IMG/VR virus record: IMGVR_UViG_3300032335_000777
Span: 1 to 64,000 of that record
Source of the DNA: a virus
Lineage: Duplodnaviria > Caudoviricetes
Direction: 5' to 3' (one strand)
DNA length: 64,000 nt
In this document: positions 1 to 9,002 of the stretch, one piece after another
Layout: each line of letters begins with the position of its first letter
Position numbering within the stretch: position 1 is the stretch's first letter
Notes under the pieces: model-generated
The model's input: only the letters and a program-made list of their open reading frames with translations
The model's database searches: none
What the model was told of the DNA's origin: nothing
Translations under genes and position numbers: made by a program

Positions 1-288
1 CTTTATGCCAGAGCAACTCTTCATCTAGTTGAAACCAAGTGGAAAGGATATGCAGCACTCATTCCAGAGTTTATTGTCTGTGACAGTACAAACTATTACA
101 ACCCGCTCATCTACACTCTTACACAAGAAGATTTGGCAGATTGTTACAATGGCTTCACTCACAAAGGGAGAAACTATCCTGGTGTGAAAGAAACTATTGA
201 AGATCTTAAATGGGCTTTGTACAATGGTGTCTGGAACATCTCCAGAACAAATTATGAAAATAAAGGAATCGTAAACATTAGGGGATAA
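1..288 (+). CDS. Partial CDS, C-terminus of probable PD-(D/E)xK exonuclease
   Basis: Frame 1 open from base 1 to TAA at 286-288 (LYARATL...EFIVCDS...); LY followed by a FIV strand fits the tail of phage PD-(D/E)xK nucleases; recombination context. Confidence 0.45.
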   Translation, partial: LYARATLHLVETKWKGYAALIPEFIVCDSTNYYNPLIYTLTQEDLADCYNGFTHKGRNYPGVKETIEDLKWALYNGVWNISRTNYENKGIVNIRG

Positions 289-289
289 A

Positions 290-856
290 ATGAAATTGAC
301 GAGAAGCATCACAACGTTATTTATGGTAAAACCACTTGGTATAGGTATTGAGAAACTTGACAAGGTGGGTTTTATTAATGCATTCGTGCGAGATGTAGAG
401 CACGACTGCATATATCAAGATTGTGTGTATTTGCTTTTCAAACCCACTGATATGGATTTGTTCAGAGACTTCATAGACAGCGAATATGAAAGAACTGATA
501 ACATCGTAGAAGATTATGATTACGAAGGTGGTTATGTGGTGGTGGTTTATAAATTAGACCCAAGGTTTAAAAAGGACTATCAACTTATTAGACAGGGATT
601 GTATTCCAAAACCAGTAAAGACTTTCAGAATGCATTTCCAAAAATTGTGAAGATCATGAAGAATGGTAAACACAGAGATGAGATATCTCTGCAATATAGA
701 ATCTTCAATAAGACACAAGATCTCATCAACTTTTGGGAAGACAAACTGGGTATAACATTCTCTAGCGATCAAGAAGTTTGGGAAGGATTCCACGAAGAAA
801 GAGAAACATTAAACATTAACAACATAAAACAATATGTCGAACAAGTTAGCAATTGA
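290..856 (+). CDS. Hypothetical phage protein
   Basis: 188-aa ORF in co-directional operon. Confidence 0.75.
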   Translation: MKLTRSITTLFMVKPLGIGIEKLDKVGFINAFVRDVEHDCIYQDCVYLLFKPTDMDLFRDFIDSEYERTDNIVEDYDYEGGYVVVVYKLDPRFKKDYQLIRQGLYSKTSKDFQNAFPKIVKIMKNGKHRDEISLQYRIFNKTQDLINFWEDKLGITFSSDQEVWEGFHEERETLNINNIKQYVEQVSN

Positions 857-1202
857 AATACTAAATGATTATCCCCTAGCTACAGAAACTGTTAGGGATT
901 GGTTCTTAAAGAAGATGACTGAAAGCTTTGAGCAAGACAATGCTCCAGAGGATTTCAAGAAGCAAATGTTATCAAGAGGTGTGTCAGACATCACTCTAGC
1001 AATTATGTTTGAGCAGAGTCCTAGAAACTTCTTTGATGTTTTGGATGAGAATAAGATAGTGGTTGAGATTCTTAGAGATGAGAACATTAACCCTGATTTA
1101 TTCTATTACAAAATCAATGGTAAAACAACAGGGCAATTCTTTGAAGGAAGAATTGCTTGTGAGAGAGCTGCTGTAGAGAAAGCTTTTGAGTTACTAAATT
1201 GA
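834..1202 (+). CDS. Hypothetical protein
   Basis: 122-aa ORF overlapping neighbours. Confidence 0.7.
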   Translation: MSNKLAIEILNDYPLATETVRDWFLKKMTESFEQDNAPEDFKKQMLSRGVSDITLAIMFEQSPRNFFDVLDENKIVVEILRDENINPDLFYYKINGKTTGQFFEGRIACERAAVEKAFELLN

Positions 1203-1420
1203 TACACGAGTTCAAAAATCCCATCCCTGTTGTTGTAGAAGGCAATAGAGATGGGTATGCTCTTTATGTCAGTGACTCTGGAGCATTTGAAAATGATGTG
1301 TGGTGTGTTGTGCTCTGTGATGGAGGACATGTGAGACATTATATGTCAGATCAGATTAGAATATATGTAAATGCAACATTAGGAATAGAGAAAAATGGAA
1401 ACAATCAGAGTTCATTGTAA
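1199..1420 (+). CDS. Hypothetical protein
   Basis: 73-aa ORF with 4-nt overlap to upstream gene. Confidence 0.65.
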   Translation: MIHEFKNPIPVVVEGNRDGYALYVSDSGAFENDVWCVVLCDGGHVRHYMSDQIRIYVNATLGIEKNGNNQSSL

Positions 1421-1640
1421 AAAAGATTTTAGAGGAAACATTGATATTAGAGACTTCATTGTCAAAGCTGCGATTGAAAGTGGTAAAAGTGTAACAGTTA
1501 CATGCGGATCATTTCCTGGAACAAGTGTATATACACCAATTGAGCTTTTAGAACCTGTAAAAATTAGTGAGCCATATAGAGCAAAGTATGGAAATATGGA
1601 AAGCTACAGACTGCATTCTTATCCCTGGAAATTTGATTAG
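1395..1640 (+). CDS. Hypothetical protein
   Basis: 81-aa ORF followed by terminator. Confidence 0.65.
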   Translation: METIRVHCKKDFRGNIDIRDFIVKAAIESGKSVTVTCGSFPGTSVYTPIELLEPVKISEPYRAKYGNMESYRLHSYPWKFD

Positions 1641-1660
1641 TTAGTGTGTTTTTGTTTATT

Positions 1661-1696
1661 AAAAAAAGCCCCATGACATGTGTTGTGGGGTTTTTT
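1661..1696 (+). terminator. Intrinsic terminator (probably bidirectional)
   Basis: A7-GCCCCATGACA/TGTTGTGGGGT-T tract hairpin. Confidence 0.8.
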
Positions 1697-1697
1697 A

Positions 1698-1729
1698 ATT
1701 GAAAATGTTAAAAAAATTAATTAAATTCG
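1698..1729 (+). promoter_or_regulatory. Putative Bacteroidota-type promoter for recA operon
   Basis: ATTG-N20-TAAATTCG, near consensus TTTG-N19-21-TAnnTTTG, 21 nt before recA ATG. Confidence 0.45.
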
Positions 1730-1750
1730 TTATCTAAATTCAATTCAATA

Positions 1751-2776
1751 ATGGCAAAGAAAAAAGAAAATCAAGAGGAACAAAGCAAGTTCCAAGCAGC
1801 TCTGGACAAGCTGAACAAAGCGTATGGTGTAGGTAGCGTACTTACACTGAATTCTAAGAACCAGAACACCTACGAGCTAATTAGCACAGGTTCTGTTGGT
1901 TTTGATTACATCACACTAGGTGTAGGAGGTTTCGTTAAAGGGAAACTCTATGAACTAATGGGATGGGAGGGCACAGGTAAGTCAACCATTTGTGGTCACA
2001 CTGTAGCAGAATGTCAAGCAAAAGGTGGTAGAGTGTTGTACATCGATGGCGAGCATGCTGTTGATAAGATTTATTTCGAAGCTCTAGGTGTGAACACTGA
2101 TGAGATGTTGATTGCTCAACCAAGCTGTGGCGAAGAAGGTTTTCAGATTGCTATGGACTTAATCAACACTGGAGAGATAGATCTTGTAATTATCGACAGC
2201 GATAGTTCATTGATTCCAAAGAAGGTGTTAGATGGTGATGTGGGTGATAGTTCTATTGGTAAGAAAGCTATTCTTAACAGCAATGCCTATCCAAAACTAA
2301 AGACAGCTCTATCTACACACAATGTATGTGTGATTGTAATCAGTCAGTATCGTGAGAAGATTGGTGTTATGTTTGGTAACCCAACAACAACTCAAGGTGG
2401 TCATGCATTGAAGTTCTATTCAGATTGCAGAATAGAAGTGAGTAGATCATTGGCAAAGGAAGGAGACGTGACTTACGGTAACATCACTAAGGTGAAGGCT
2501 GTGAAGAACAAAATGTCTCCTCCATATCGACTAACTAGCTTTGATATTGTCTATGGTCAAGGTATTGATAAGTTTGCAGAGCTCATGGAGCTTGGTAGTG
2601 AGTATGGTGTTCTTAGGAAGTATGGCTCTACAGTGACATACAAAGAAGAGAAGTATCAATACGATGGATTCCAAAAGCTTCTAGAAGATAACCCAGAGCT
2701 AGAAGAAGATATCAAGCAAACAATCATCAATCGTATTAAGAACATAGAACCTACACCAGAAGATGATGGACTATAA
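1751..2776 (+). CDS. recA: RecA recombinase
   Basis: Walker A GWEGTGKST, YIDGEHA, IIDS, QYREKIGVMFGNPTTTQGGHALKFY, KNKMSPP motifs. Confidence 0.96.
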   Translation: MAKKKENQEEQSKFQAALDKLNKAYGVGSVLTLNSKNQNTYELISTGSVGFDYITLGVGGFVKGKLYELMGWEGTGKSTICGHTVAECQAKGGRVLYIDGEHAVDKIYFEALGVNTDEMLIAQPSCGEEGFQIAMDLINTGEIDLVIIDSDSSLIPKKVLDGDVGDSSIGKKAILNSNAYPKLKTALSTHNVCVIVISQYREKIGVMFGNPTTTQGGHALKFYSDCRIEVSRSLAKEGDVTYGNITKVKAVKNKMSPPYRLTSFDIVYGQGIDKFAELMELGSEYGVLRKYGSTVTYKEEKYQYDGFQKLLEDNPELEEDIKQTIINRIKNIEPTPEDDGL

Positions 2777-2778
2777 AA

Positions 2779-3177
2779 ATGCCTAAACCAAAGTGTAAAA
2801 CATGTGGTGCATCCTGTGAAGGAGAGTATTGCTTTAGACACAAACCAAGAAAACCAATGTTAGCAAGAATAACAACTAACTATTCAACAAAGCTCATCAT
2901 AGAGGAGAAATCCTCTATGCGTGAGATGTTTTTAGGGATATGGAAGAAAAGACCACACAAGTCTGAAATTAGTGGAGAAAGACTAGGGACAGAACCTTTG
3001 TCAATATTCTTTCATCACATTCTTCCAAAGGAAAAGTATAAGCAGGCAGCTCTTGATGAAGAGAACATTATTCTTATGACGCTAGACGAGCATACAAATG
3101 TAGAGAATGACATCTATCGCTATGAAGAAGTGAACAAAAGACGTGAGTATTTAAAAGAAAAATATGATTTAACATGA
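2779..3177 (+). CDS. HNH-family endonuclease with N-terminal Cys/His zinc knuckle
   Basis: CKTC..C...CFRH; FHHILPK...ENI...EH HNH-like core; directly after recA. Confidence 0.65.
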   Translation: MPKPKCKTCGASCEGEYCFRHKPRKPMLARITTNYSTKLIIEEKSSMREMFLGIWKKRPHKSEISGERLGTEPLSIFFHHILPKEKYKQAALDEENIILMTLDEHTNVENDIYRYEEVNKRREYLKEKYDLT

Positions 3178-3386
3178 AGCAATTATTCCAATATACAGTT
3201 ATATTTCACAAATATGGACTTAGCGAATCAGGAGTTAAAGTTTATTTAGACTCTGAATTGATCATTGAGCCAAGGTATGTCCTTGCTCTTGATGAGAAAG
3301 ACGTTATCTTTAAGGCCACAAGAGAAGTGGGTGAAGAATATGCCCATTCTCCTGACAGCGTTGAAATCTTAATTAAAAAATTCTAA
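3174..3386 (+). CDS. Hypothetical protein
   Basis: 70-aa ORF with ATGA overlap. Confidence 0.65.
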   Translation: MKQLFQYTVIFHKYGLSESGVKVYLDSELIIEPRYVLALDEKDVIFKATREVGEEYAHSPDSVEILIKKF

Positions 3387-3399
3387 AACCAATTACATT

Positions 3400-3699
3400 A
3401 TGAATCAATTCTTTTACACAAGAAAGGAACCAATTCAAGGAACAGATCCTCTTGAATTCAAAGAACATCTAGACAGCTTCAATATTGAGAAGGTGATTAG
3501 AACAATCATCGTAGAGAATGGTAATCGACTAGTGTTGCTAGATGATATCCATGAGCGTTCTACAGAAGTGCCTGATACTAATCCAAAAAATGGGCAGATC
3601 AGAGGATACAAACGTGAGCGTAACACCTATCAAACTGAAATTTATCTGTCTCCTGATGATTCAGAAAGGTTTGTTAAACTAATGAATATTGAATCATGA
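3400..3699 (+). CDS. Hypothetical protein
   Basis: 99-aa ORF in operon. Confidence 0.7.
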   Translation: MNQFFYTRKEPIQGTDPLEFKEHLDSFNIEKVIRTIIVENGNRLVLLDDIHERSTEVPDTNPKNGQIRGYKRERNTYQTEIYLSPDDSERFVKLMNIES

Positions 3700-4457
3700 A
3701 CTATCCATTGATCTCTTGCAAGATGATCACTTATGGAAGAGTGGAGTTTCTCGAGGAGTCTCTCCACTCTTTTCTTCTTCAGGATTATCCTGGAGAAAAG
3801 GAACTAGTGATCGTAAATGACTATCCTCTACAGAAGCTTGTGTTTGATCATCCAGATGTAAGAATATACAATCTTGATGAAACATTTAAAACTATTGGGG
3901 ATAAGGAAAACTATGCTACAGAACTATGTAGAGGAGAAATCATCTGTCAATGGGACGATGATGATGTTGCTACGTCTTGGCATTTAAAAAATGTAGCTGA
4001 ACAATTCACAGATGATGTTAATATCCTACACTGGGCCACTGGTGTTTATTACAATGACTCAACTATTACAAATGTTGGATGGATAGGTAACTCAGGTATT
4101 GTGTTTAGGAAGTCTGCATGGAAAGCTATTGGTGGGCATCCTGTAGAGAATGCTGGTTATGATATGACATTTGTAAATGCTCTTGCTCATTACGGTGGTA
4201 GAAAGTTTGCTGAGATGCCTAATGAAAAAGCTAGCTGGTTTTATATGTGGGGAGGAAGAGGTTATCACATGAGTGGAATGGGTACAGATACTAGCGACAG
4301 AGCTAATGTTATTGAAAGACATTCAAATCATGTTGAAAGCTTAAGAGTAAAAGGATTGATCCCTACAGGAGATGTACACTTAAATCCTCATTGGAAACTT
4401 GATTATCAAAAACAATTAGAAGAACATGTTAGTAGACTTCATAATCCCAACGTATAA
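3696..4457 (+). CDS. Glycosyltransferase family 2
   Basis: ISCKMITYGR, LLQDY, ELVIVND, WDDDD (DxD) GT-A motifs. Confidence 0.85.
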   Translation: MNYPLISCKMITYGRVEFLEESLHSFLLQDYPGEKELVIVNDYPLQKLVFDHPDVRIYNLDETFKTIGDKENYATELCRGEIICQWDDDDVATSWHLKNVAEQFTDDVNILHWATGVYYNDSTITNVGWIGNSGIVFRKSAWKAIGGHPVENAGYDMTFVNALAHYGGRKFAEMPNEKASWFYMWGGRGYHMSGMGTDTSDRANVIERHSNHVESLRVKGLIPTGDVHLNPHWKLDYQKQLEEHVSRLHNPNV

Positions 4458-4992
4458 TCGACCTGCACTATTGAAGTGCATGTTAGCTTCTCTTGTAGCA
4501 CAGAACAATCCAGATTGGGGAGCTCATGTAGTAATTGACAATCCTGATGATGAAGATAATGTAAAGCTTGTAGAAAGCTTCAATGATAGCAGAATCAGGT
4601 GGTCAAAGATGGACAAGAGATATAATGACTGGGGCCACACACCAAGAGAATATGGTAAGCAGCAGACTGAAGCAAAGTATGTAATCATGACAGGTGATGA
4701 TAACTACTACACTCCTAACTTTGTGTCAGAGATAAAACATCTATGTGATGTAGATGCTGGAATGATTTACTGGGATATGGTGCATTCGCATTACAATTAC
4801 ACATATTTTAGATGTGTTCCAGGAGATGGTCAGATTGATATGGGAGCATTTGCTACACGTACAGATCTAGCCAAAGAAATATATCTTGGTGTTGCGTATG
4901 CTGCTGATGGAATGTTTGTAGAAACTTTTAAAAAGAAGTTTCCATCACAAGGAATTCACAAGATTGATAAAGTTTTATTCGTACATAATTAA
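4426..4992 (+). CDS. Glycosyltransferase family 2
   Basis: IIPTYNR, VVID, GDDNYY, AADG motifs. Confidence 0.85.
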   Translation: MLVDFIIPTYNRPALLKCMLASLVAQNNPDWGAHVVIDNPDDEDNVKLVESFNDSRIRWSKMDKRYNDWGHTPREYGKQQTEAKYVIMTGDDNYYTPNFVSEIKHLCDVDAGMIYWDMVHSHYNYTYFRCVPGDGQIDMGAFATRTDLAKEIYLGVAYAADGMFVETFKKKFPSQGIHKIDKVLFVHN

Positions 4993-4996
4993 ATCT

Positions 4997-5560
4997 ATGG
5001 GAAAGCTTACAGAGATTGCCAATAATCAAAAAACTGATAAGGGCACAGAACATTATGAGAAGCATGGATATACAGAAGTGTACGATAAATATATTCCTGG
5101 AACAGGTGCATATAAGCTACTAGAAATAGGAATATGGCATGGTGATTCTTTGAGAATGTGGAAAGCTTACAATCCTGAGCTTGAAATACATGCAATAGAT
5201 ATAGATGATAATGTTGTCAATCATATTGAGCATCCTAATCCATATCATATTTATATTGGAGATCAAACAGATCCAATTATTCTAGATGAGATTGTAAAGA
5301 ACGGTGGACCATTTGATTTTATAATTGATGATGGAAGTCATGTTGGTCGTCACATCACATCGTCCTTCAAACTTTTGTGGGAACATGTAAAGATTGGAGG
5401 TTATTATTTCATCGAAGATCTACATGCAGGTCATGCTAATAGACCAGAGACGATTAGAATAATTACAGAATGGTTAAGTGATAAACCACACTCTATACTC
5501 CTAACAGTTAATGATAAACTTTTAATCATTGAGAAGAAATGGAAATCCCTGTCATCATAA
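4997..5560 (+). CDS. Class I SAM-dependent (sugar O-)methyltransferase
   Basis: TDK...HGY, LLEIGIWHGDS, GDQ, DFIIDDGSH, GGYYFIED; start taken at MGKL. Confidence 0.85.
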   Translation: MGKLTEIANNQKTDKGTEHYEKHGYTEVYDKYIPGTGAYKLLEIGIWHGDSLRMWKAYNPELEIHAIDIDDNVVNHIEHPNPYHIYIGDQTDPIILDEIVKNGGPFDFIIDDGSHVGRHITSSFKLLWEHVKIGGYYFIEDLHAGHANRPETIRIITEWLSDKPHSILLTVNDKLLIIEKKWKSLSS

Positions 5561-6192
5561 ACAACAGAAACTTTCTAACATGGCCCAAAGCAATGGTGGA
5601 AAGAATAAAAGAATATGATGGTGTTGGTGAAATAATCATTGTAGACAATGATTCTACATATCCACCATTGTTAGAGTGGTATGCTACAAATCCTTGTAGA
5701 ATAGAAAGATTGAATGATAACTTAGGTATGGGTGCTCCTTGGGCATCAGAGATAGTTAAACAATTGAATGGTGTTCCTTATGTTCTCACTGATCCAGATA
5801 TGGGACTAGAAGACACCCCAGATGATACACTTCTATACTTATTTGATAAGCTTAATAGCTTACAGCTTGATAAGGTGGGGCTAGGACTAGACTGGCAGAT
5901 TGTTGAGAAGAAATCTCCGTATTACGAAAGATTAAACGTGTACGAGAAAAATAGATGGAGTAATTCTCCTGTAAAAGATGGTGTGCATACAGAGGTTCAG
6001 ATAGATACAACCTTTGCTCTGTATAATGTAGATCATTATTTCATAGGAGGAGGCTCTACAACATTTCCTTACGTAGCTAGACACTACCCTTGGGAATTCT
6101 CTATTGAAGAAGCTAGAAACAATGAGGAGTTTATGTACTATATGGACAATGCCACTAGTGCATCTTCTTACAAAACACTAATTAAACTATAA
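5539..6192 (+). CDS. Glycosyltransferase (GT2-like)
   Basis: IIIVDNDSTY, TDPD (DxD), IDTTFALY, ARHYPW. Confidence 0.75.
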   Translation: MEIPVIINNRNFLTWPKAMVERIKEYDGVGEIIIVDNDSTYPPLLEWYATNPCRIERLNDNLGMGAPWASEIVKQLNGVPYVLTDPDMGLEDTPDDTLLYLFDKLNSLQLDKVGLGLDWQIVEKKSPYYERLNVYEKNRWSNSPVKDGVHTEVQIDTTFALYNVDHYFIGGGSTTFPYVARHYPWEFSIEEARNNEEFMYYMDNATSASSYKTLIKL

Positions 6193-6193
6193 A

Positions 6194-6212
6194 AGCCCCC
6201 TAAAAGGGGGCT
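6194..6212. terminator. Terminator between convergent operons
   Basis: AGCCCCC-TAAAA-GGGGGCT hairpin with A tract on left. Confidence 0.75.
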
Positions 6213-6218
6213 CTTACA

Positions 6219-6371
6219 TTATTTTGATAACTTTTTTCTTGACATGGGCCATTGAGCATTCCCTTGTTGTTTCTTACTCCTAACATCATTGCTACTATAC
6301 TCTCTCATATAGTTTGCATTTGGTTTTGGATTAGGAACCTTTGGTGCCTTCTTTGGTTTTCCAGATTTCAT
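6219..6371 (-). CDS. Small basic protein (50 aa, not in ORF track)
   Basis: MKSGKPKKAPKVPNPK...RKKLSK; ATGA overlap with upstream gene. Confidence 0.65.
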   Translation of the reverse strand: MKSGKPKKAPKVPNPKPNANYMREYSSNDVRSKKQQGNAQWPMSRKKLSK

Positions 6372-6898
6372 TTCTTGAATGATTTTCTTACAGCTTTCAC
6401 TTTGTCTTTTGCTGATTTCACTTCATATCGTTTCTCAGCTCTTTCAGCTTTATTTCTAATCTTTTGTGTAGCCATACGTTCTTTTGTACGAATAGCTTGA
6501 ATCTTTCGCTGGGCACTCTCTTTCATTGTACCATCAGCCTTCTTACCCTTTTCCATAACACTCATCATTTTCTTTTCAGAATCAGAATAAGTTCTTGTTT
6601 TTGGTTTGTAAGAAATATCTACATCCTCTCTTTTAGGAATGTCTAAACTCTTCTTAATCTTAGAAGGCATAGCACTTCCCATTTTTGGAGTGATTCCAGG
6701 CTTCTTAGCTTGCTCTGTAGATTTTTTAGGAGAAGATTCTTTTTTAACAACCTCTTTCTTTTCCTCTTTAGCTTTTGTTGAGAAGTTGAAAGATTCTCCT
6801 TTAGTAGTATTCATGTAATCATTATACATTTTATCTTGCTTCCAATTACGAGGAGGTATCAACAATCCACGTTGAGCTTTTTTAATATCCTTTTTCAT
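6368..6898 (-). CDS. Lys-rich basic protein
   Basis: ORF with start at MKKDIKKAQRG; highly basic. Confidence 0.7.
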   Translation of the reverse strand: MKKDIKKAQRGLLIPPRNWKQDKMYNDYMNTTKGESFNFSTKAKEEKKEVVKKESSPKKSTEQAKKPGITPKMGSAMPSKIKKSLDIPKREDVDISYKPKTRTYSDSEKKMMSVMEKGKKADGTMKESAQRKIQAIRTKERMATQKIRNKAERAEKRYEVKSAKDKVKAVRKSFKK

Positions 6899-6899
6899 A

Positions 6900-7115
6900 T
6901 TAGCAACCCATTTTACACTTACCACCACCCATCATCTTTTTCATTTTTGTACCAGACTTAGCAGTCATGGTTTTTCCATACATAGCTTTGCCAGCGTTCA
7001 TTTTAGCACCAGCAATTCTGTCAGCAGCTGTAGGCTTAGGGTTCTTATCAATACCTGCTTTTACAGAAAGCATTCCAAAACTTTTGCCAGATTTGGCTTT
7101 TGCGATTTTTTTCAT
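6900..7115 (-). CDS. Small basic protein with repeated AKxG/MxGG motifs
   Basis: 71 aa; KAKSG, AMYG, AKSG, MMGGG; PTAADRIAGA core. Confidence 0.7.
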   Translation of the reverse strand: MKKIAKAKSGKSFGMLSVKAGIDKNPKPTAADRIAGAKMNAGKAMYGKTMTAKSGTKMKKMMGGGKCKMGC

Positions 7116-7207
7116 GATTTATAAATGTTTTGTTTGAATTGTCGAATGTTTAGTAAATTTAAAAATAATTTGTATATTTTTCATAAAACCAAAATTTAAT
7201 TAAATGT

Positions 7208-7462
7208 ATGGAACACACTGATGTTTTAAACCCCTTTGGAACCCACGAAGTATTGAAGGTTATTGACGAGAACAAAAAACCTAACGAATGGTGGAAAGAT
7301 TATGTCTCACTTAATGAACCTGAAATTGAAAATGAATTCTACGTTCTTTTCCCAGATGGTCTCCTGGTTAAAAAGGGGAGAACCAAATTCAAAACCAGCG
7401 ACTATCTCAAGGATCAAAAGTTTAAAAGCTTTAAATCCTATTATGAAGAAGTTCAGGTTTGA
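7208..7462 (+). CDS. Hypothetical protein
   Basis: 84-aa ORF. Confidence 0.65.
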   Translation: MEHTDVLNPFGTHEVLKVIDENKKPNEWWKDYVSLNEPEIENEFYVLFPDGLLVKKGRTKFKTSDYLKDQKFKSFKSYYEEVQV

Positions 7463-7871
7463 AGGTGATCCTAACCTTTATGGTTGGAAGACAAAGCCTG
7501 TTGTAGGCAGTGTTTACACTGTCAAGGACATGAACTTCATGAGGCACAACTTTGGAGGCTGGGTAGGTATTATAGAAGAGGATGTATTGAAATGGAAAGA
7601 CTTTGTACAAGTTGATATGAATAACTTTGACGAGAAAGTGAAAGAAGTTCTCAATGAGATTGAGACTCTCTTGATTAGTAAGAATGCTAAGTATGGTAAC
7701 TCAGCATTAGAACCTCTTGGTGTATTCAGTCAGTTGTCCGCAAAACAAGGACTACTGGTACGCATCGATGATAAGCTGAAAAGAATAAAGAATGGTAGCC
7801 TTGAGAAGGATGATGAAGATGTAGTTAATGATCTTATTGGTTACCTGGTGCTGCTAAAGATTAGTGGATAA
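7443..7871 (+). CDS. DUF1599 / nucleotide-modification-associated domain protein
   Basis: KNAKYGNS...RIDDKLKRI...DLIGYLVL helical motif; start taken at MKKFRF. Confidence 0.75.
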   Translation: MKKFRFEGDPNLYGWKTKPVVGSVYTVKDMNFMRHNFGGWVGIIEEDVLKWKDFVQVDMNNFDEKVKEVLNEIETLLISKNAKYGNSALEPLGVFSQLSAKQGLLVRIDDKLKRIKNGSLEKDDEDVVNDLIGYLVLLKISG

Positions 7872-8222
7872 TGTAAAATATATTTTACAAATGAGTGACT
7901 TATCTTTCATTGTGCTTTACATTACGTATTAATGCATGACAAATCATACGTATAATTGCATGAAGATTTAGGAAAAATTCATGCACATTTGTCGCACATT
8001 TAGTGAATTTTTGCGACAAAAATGTCCAGTTTATTATTCAAAAAACTAGACAGATTCGTCCCAGATTTAGTCAATATTTGGGACTATATTTTGGCACTTT
8101 TTTCTATTTGCTGCTAAAACATGTAATAAAATAGTGACAATTACGGAAGATATTCGAATTACAAGGGTAAATTTTACAACTTTCTACCCTCGTTAACTTA
8201 TAAGTTACCAAATTGGGAACTT
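7872..8222. repeat. Array of about 14 distinct, tightly packed inverted repeats/palindromes
   Basis: e.g. TGTAAAATATATTTTACA; TGCATGAA-N13-TTCATGCA; TTTGTCGCA-N15-TGCGACAAA; GTCCCA-N15-TGGGAC; AGGGTA-N15-TACCCT; TAACTTATAAGTTA. Confidence 0.9.
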
Positions 8223-8232
8223 TTGTTAACTT

Positions 8233-8775
8233 TTAGAATAACTTCTTACTAATTCCCAAACTGTGAATTTTTGTCACAGGTTGATATTGGTATTGGAATA
8301 GATACTTGTTGTCCAAGTAGGAAACTTTTGCGCCTGGATCTAACAGAGAGTTGATGCTTGCGCCTATATATATTCCTTTAGGCTTTTGTATAATAGTCTT
8401 GGTCTCTGTGTTGGTGATAGTATTTGTTATTGTAGGGATTTTGAAATCGTTTGTTACACTCATTTTAAGCACGTCTCCCAGCACTTCTCCATTTACATAG
8501 GTGTTACCATATTCAAAAGGAGTTGTCGCACTGAAGCTCTTAATTGTAGGCTTGTAGTCAACAAGGATTGTATCCCTAAGAACTTGTGTTTTTATCCACA
8601 TTTTTGGCACATAAACTGTGTCCCTAATTTCTTTGTAAACTGTATCAGTTTCTGTTCTTGTAGTGAATCTATAGATTTCTTCAACTTCAGGTTTTGGATA
8701 GATGATGAATGTTAGGATCACTCCTGCAAAGAATGCTAGAATAGCAATTTGGATTTTTTGTGCGTCAGGTGTCAT
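8233..8775 (-). CDS. Membrane-anchored protein (possible spanin-like)
   Basis: N-terminal TM helix, DTVY/DTI repeats, C-terminal beta strands ending in F. Confidence 0.5.
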   Translation of the reverse strand: MTPDAQKIQIAILAFFAGVILTFIIYPKPEVEEIYRFTTRTETDTVYKEIRDTVYVPKMWIKTQVLRDTILVDYKPTIKSFSATTPFEYGNTYVNGEVLGDVLKMSVTNDFKIPTITNTITNTETKTIIQKPKGIYIGASINSLLDPGAKVSYLDNKYLFQYQYQPVTKIHSLGISKKLF

Positions 8776-8780
8776 TTTAA

Positions 8781-9002
8781 TTATTGTTCTATAAATAAGT
8801 TGTCTTGTTCTAATATTTTTCTCAACTCTTCCCTACACCATTTATAAGCATTGTAGGTTTCTTCAGATAATTCTTTGTACTTCATTTCAGAACGAAGTAG
8901 TTGGTCAAAGTCCCAAATGGCACTTTTGTAATTGTGTCCATTTATGGCTGCCTGAAAGTCTGTGTTTTCTTCAGGCAAATCAAATTCTAGGATTGCTTTC
9001 AT
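8781..9002 (-). CDS. Hypothetical phage protein
   Basis: 73 aa, MKAILEFDLPEE start. Confidence 0.7.
   Translation of the reverse strand: MKAILEFDLPEENTDFQAAINGHNYKSAIWDFDQLLRSEMKYKELSEETYNAYKWCREELRKILEQDNLFIEQ

Noticed and set aside
2859-2880. GTTAG-N12-CTAAC dyad within the HNH gene
   Set aside because: 5-bp arms in coding DNA are expected by chance
7872-8222. CRISPR array or tRNA cluster interpretation of the palindrome region
   Set aside because: No repeated unit sequence and no cloverleaf/T-loop motifs; every dyad is different
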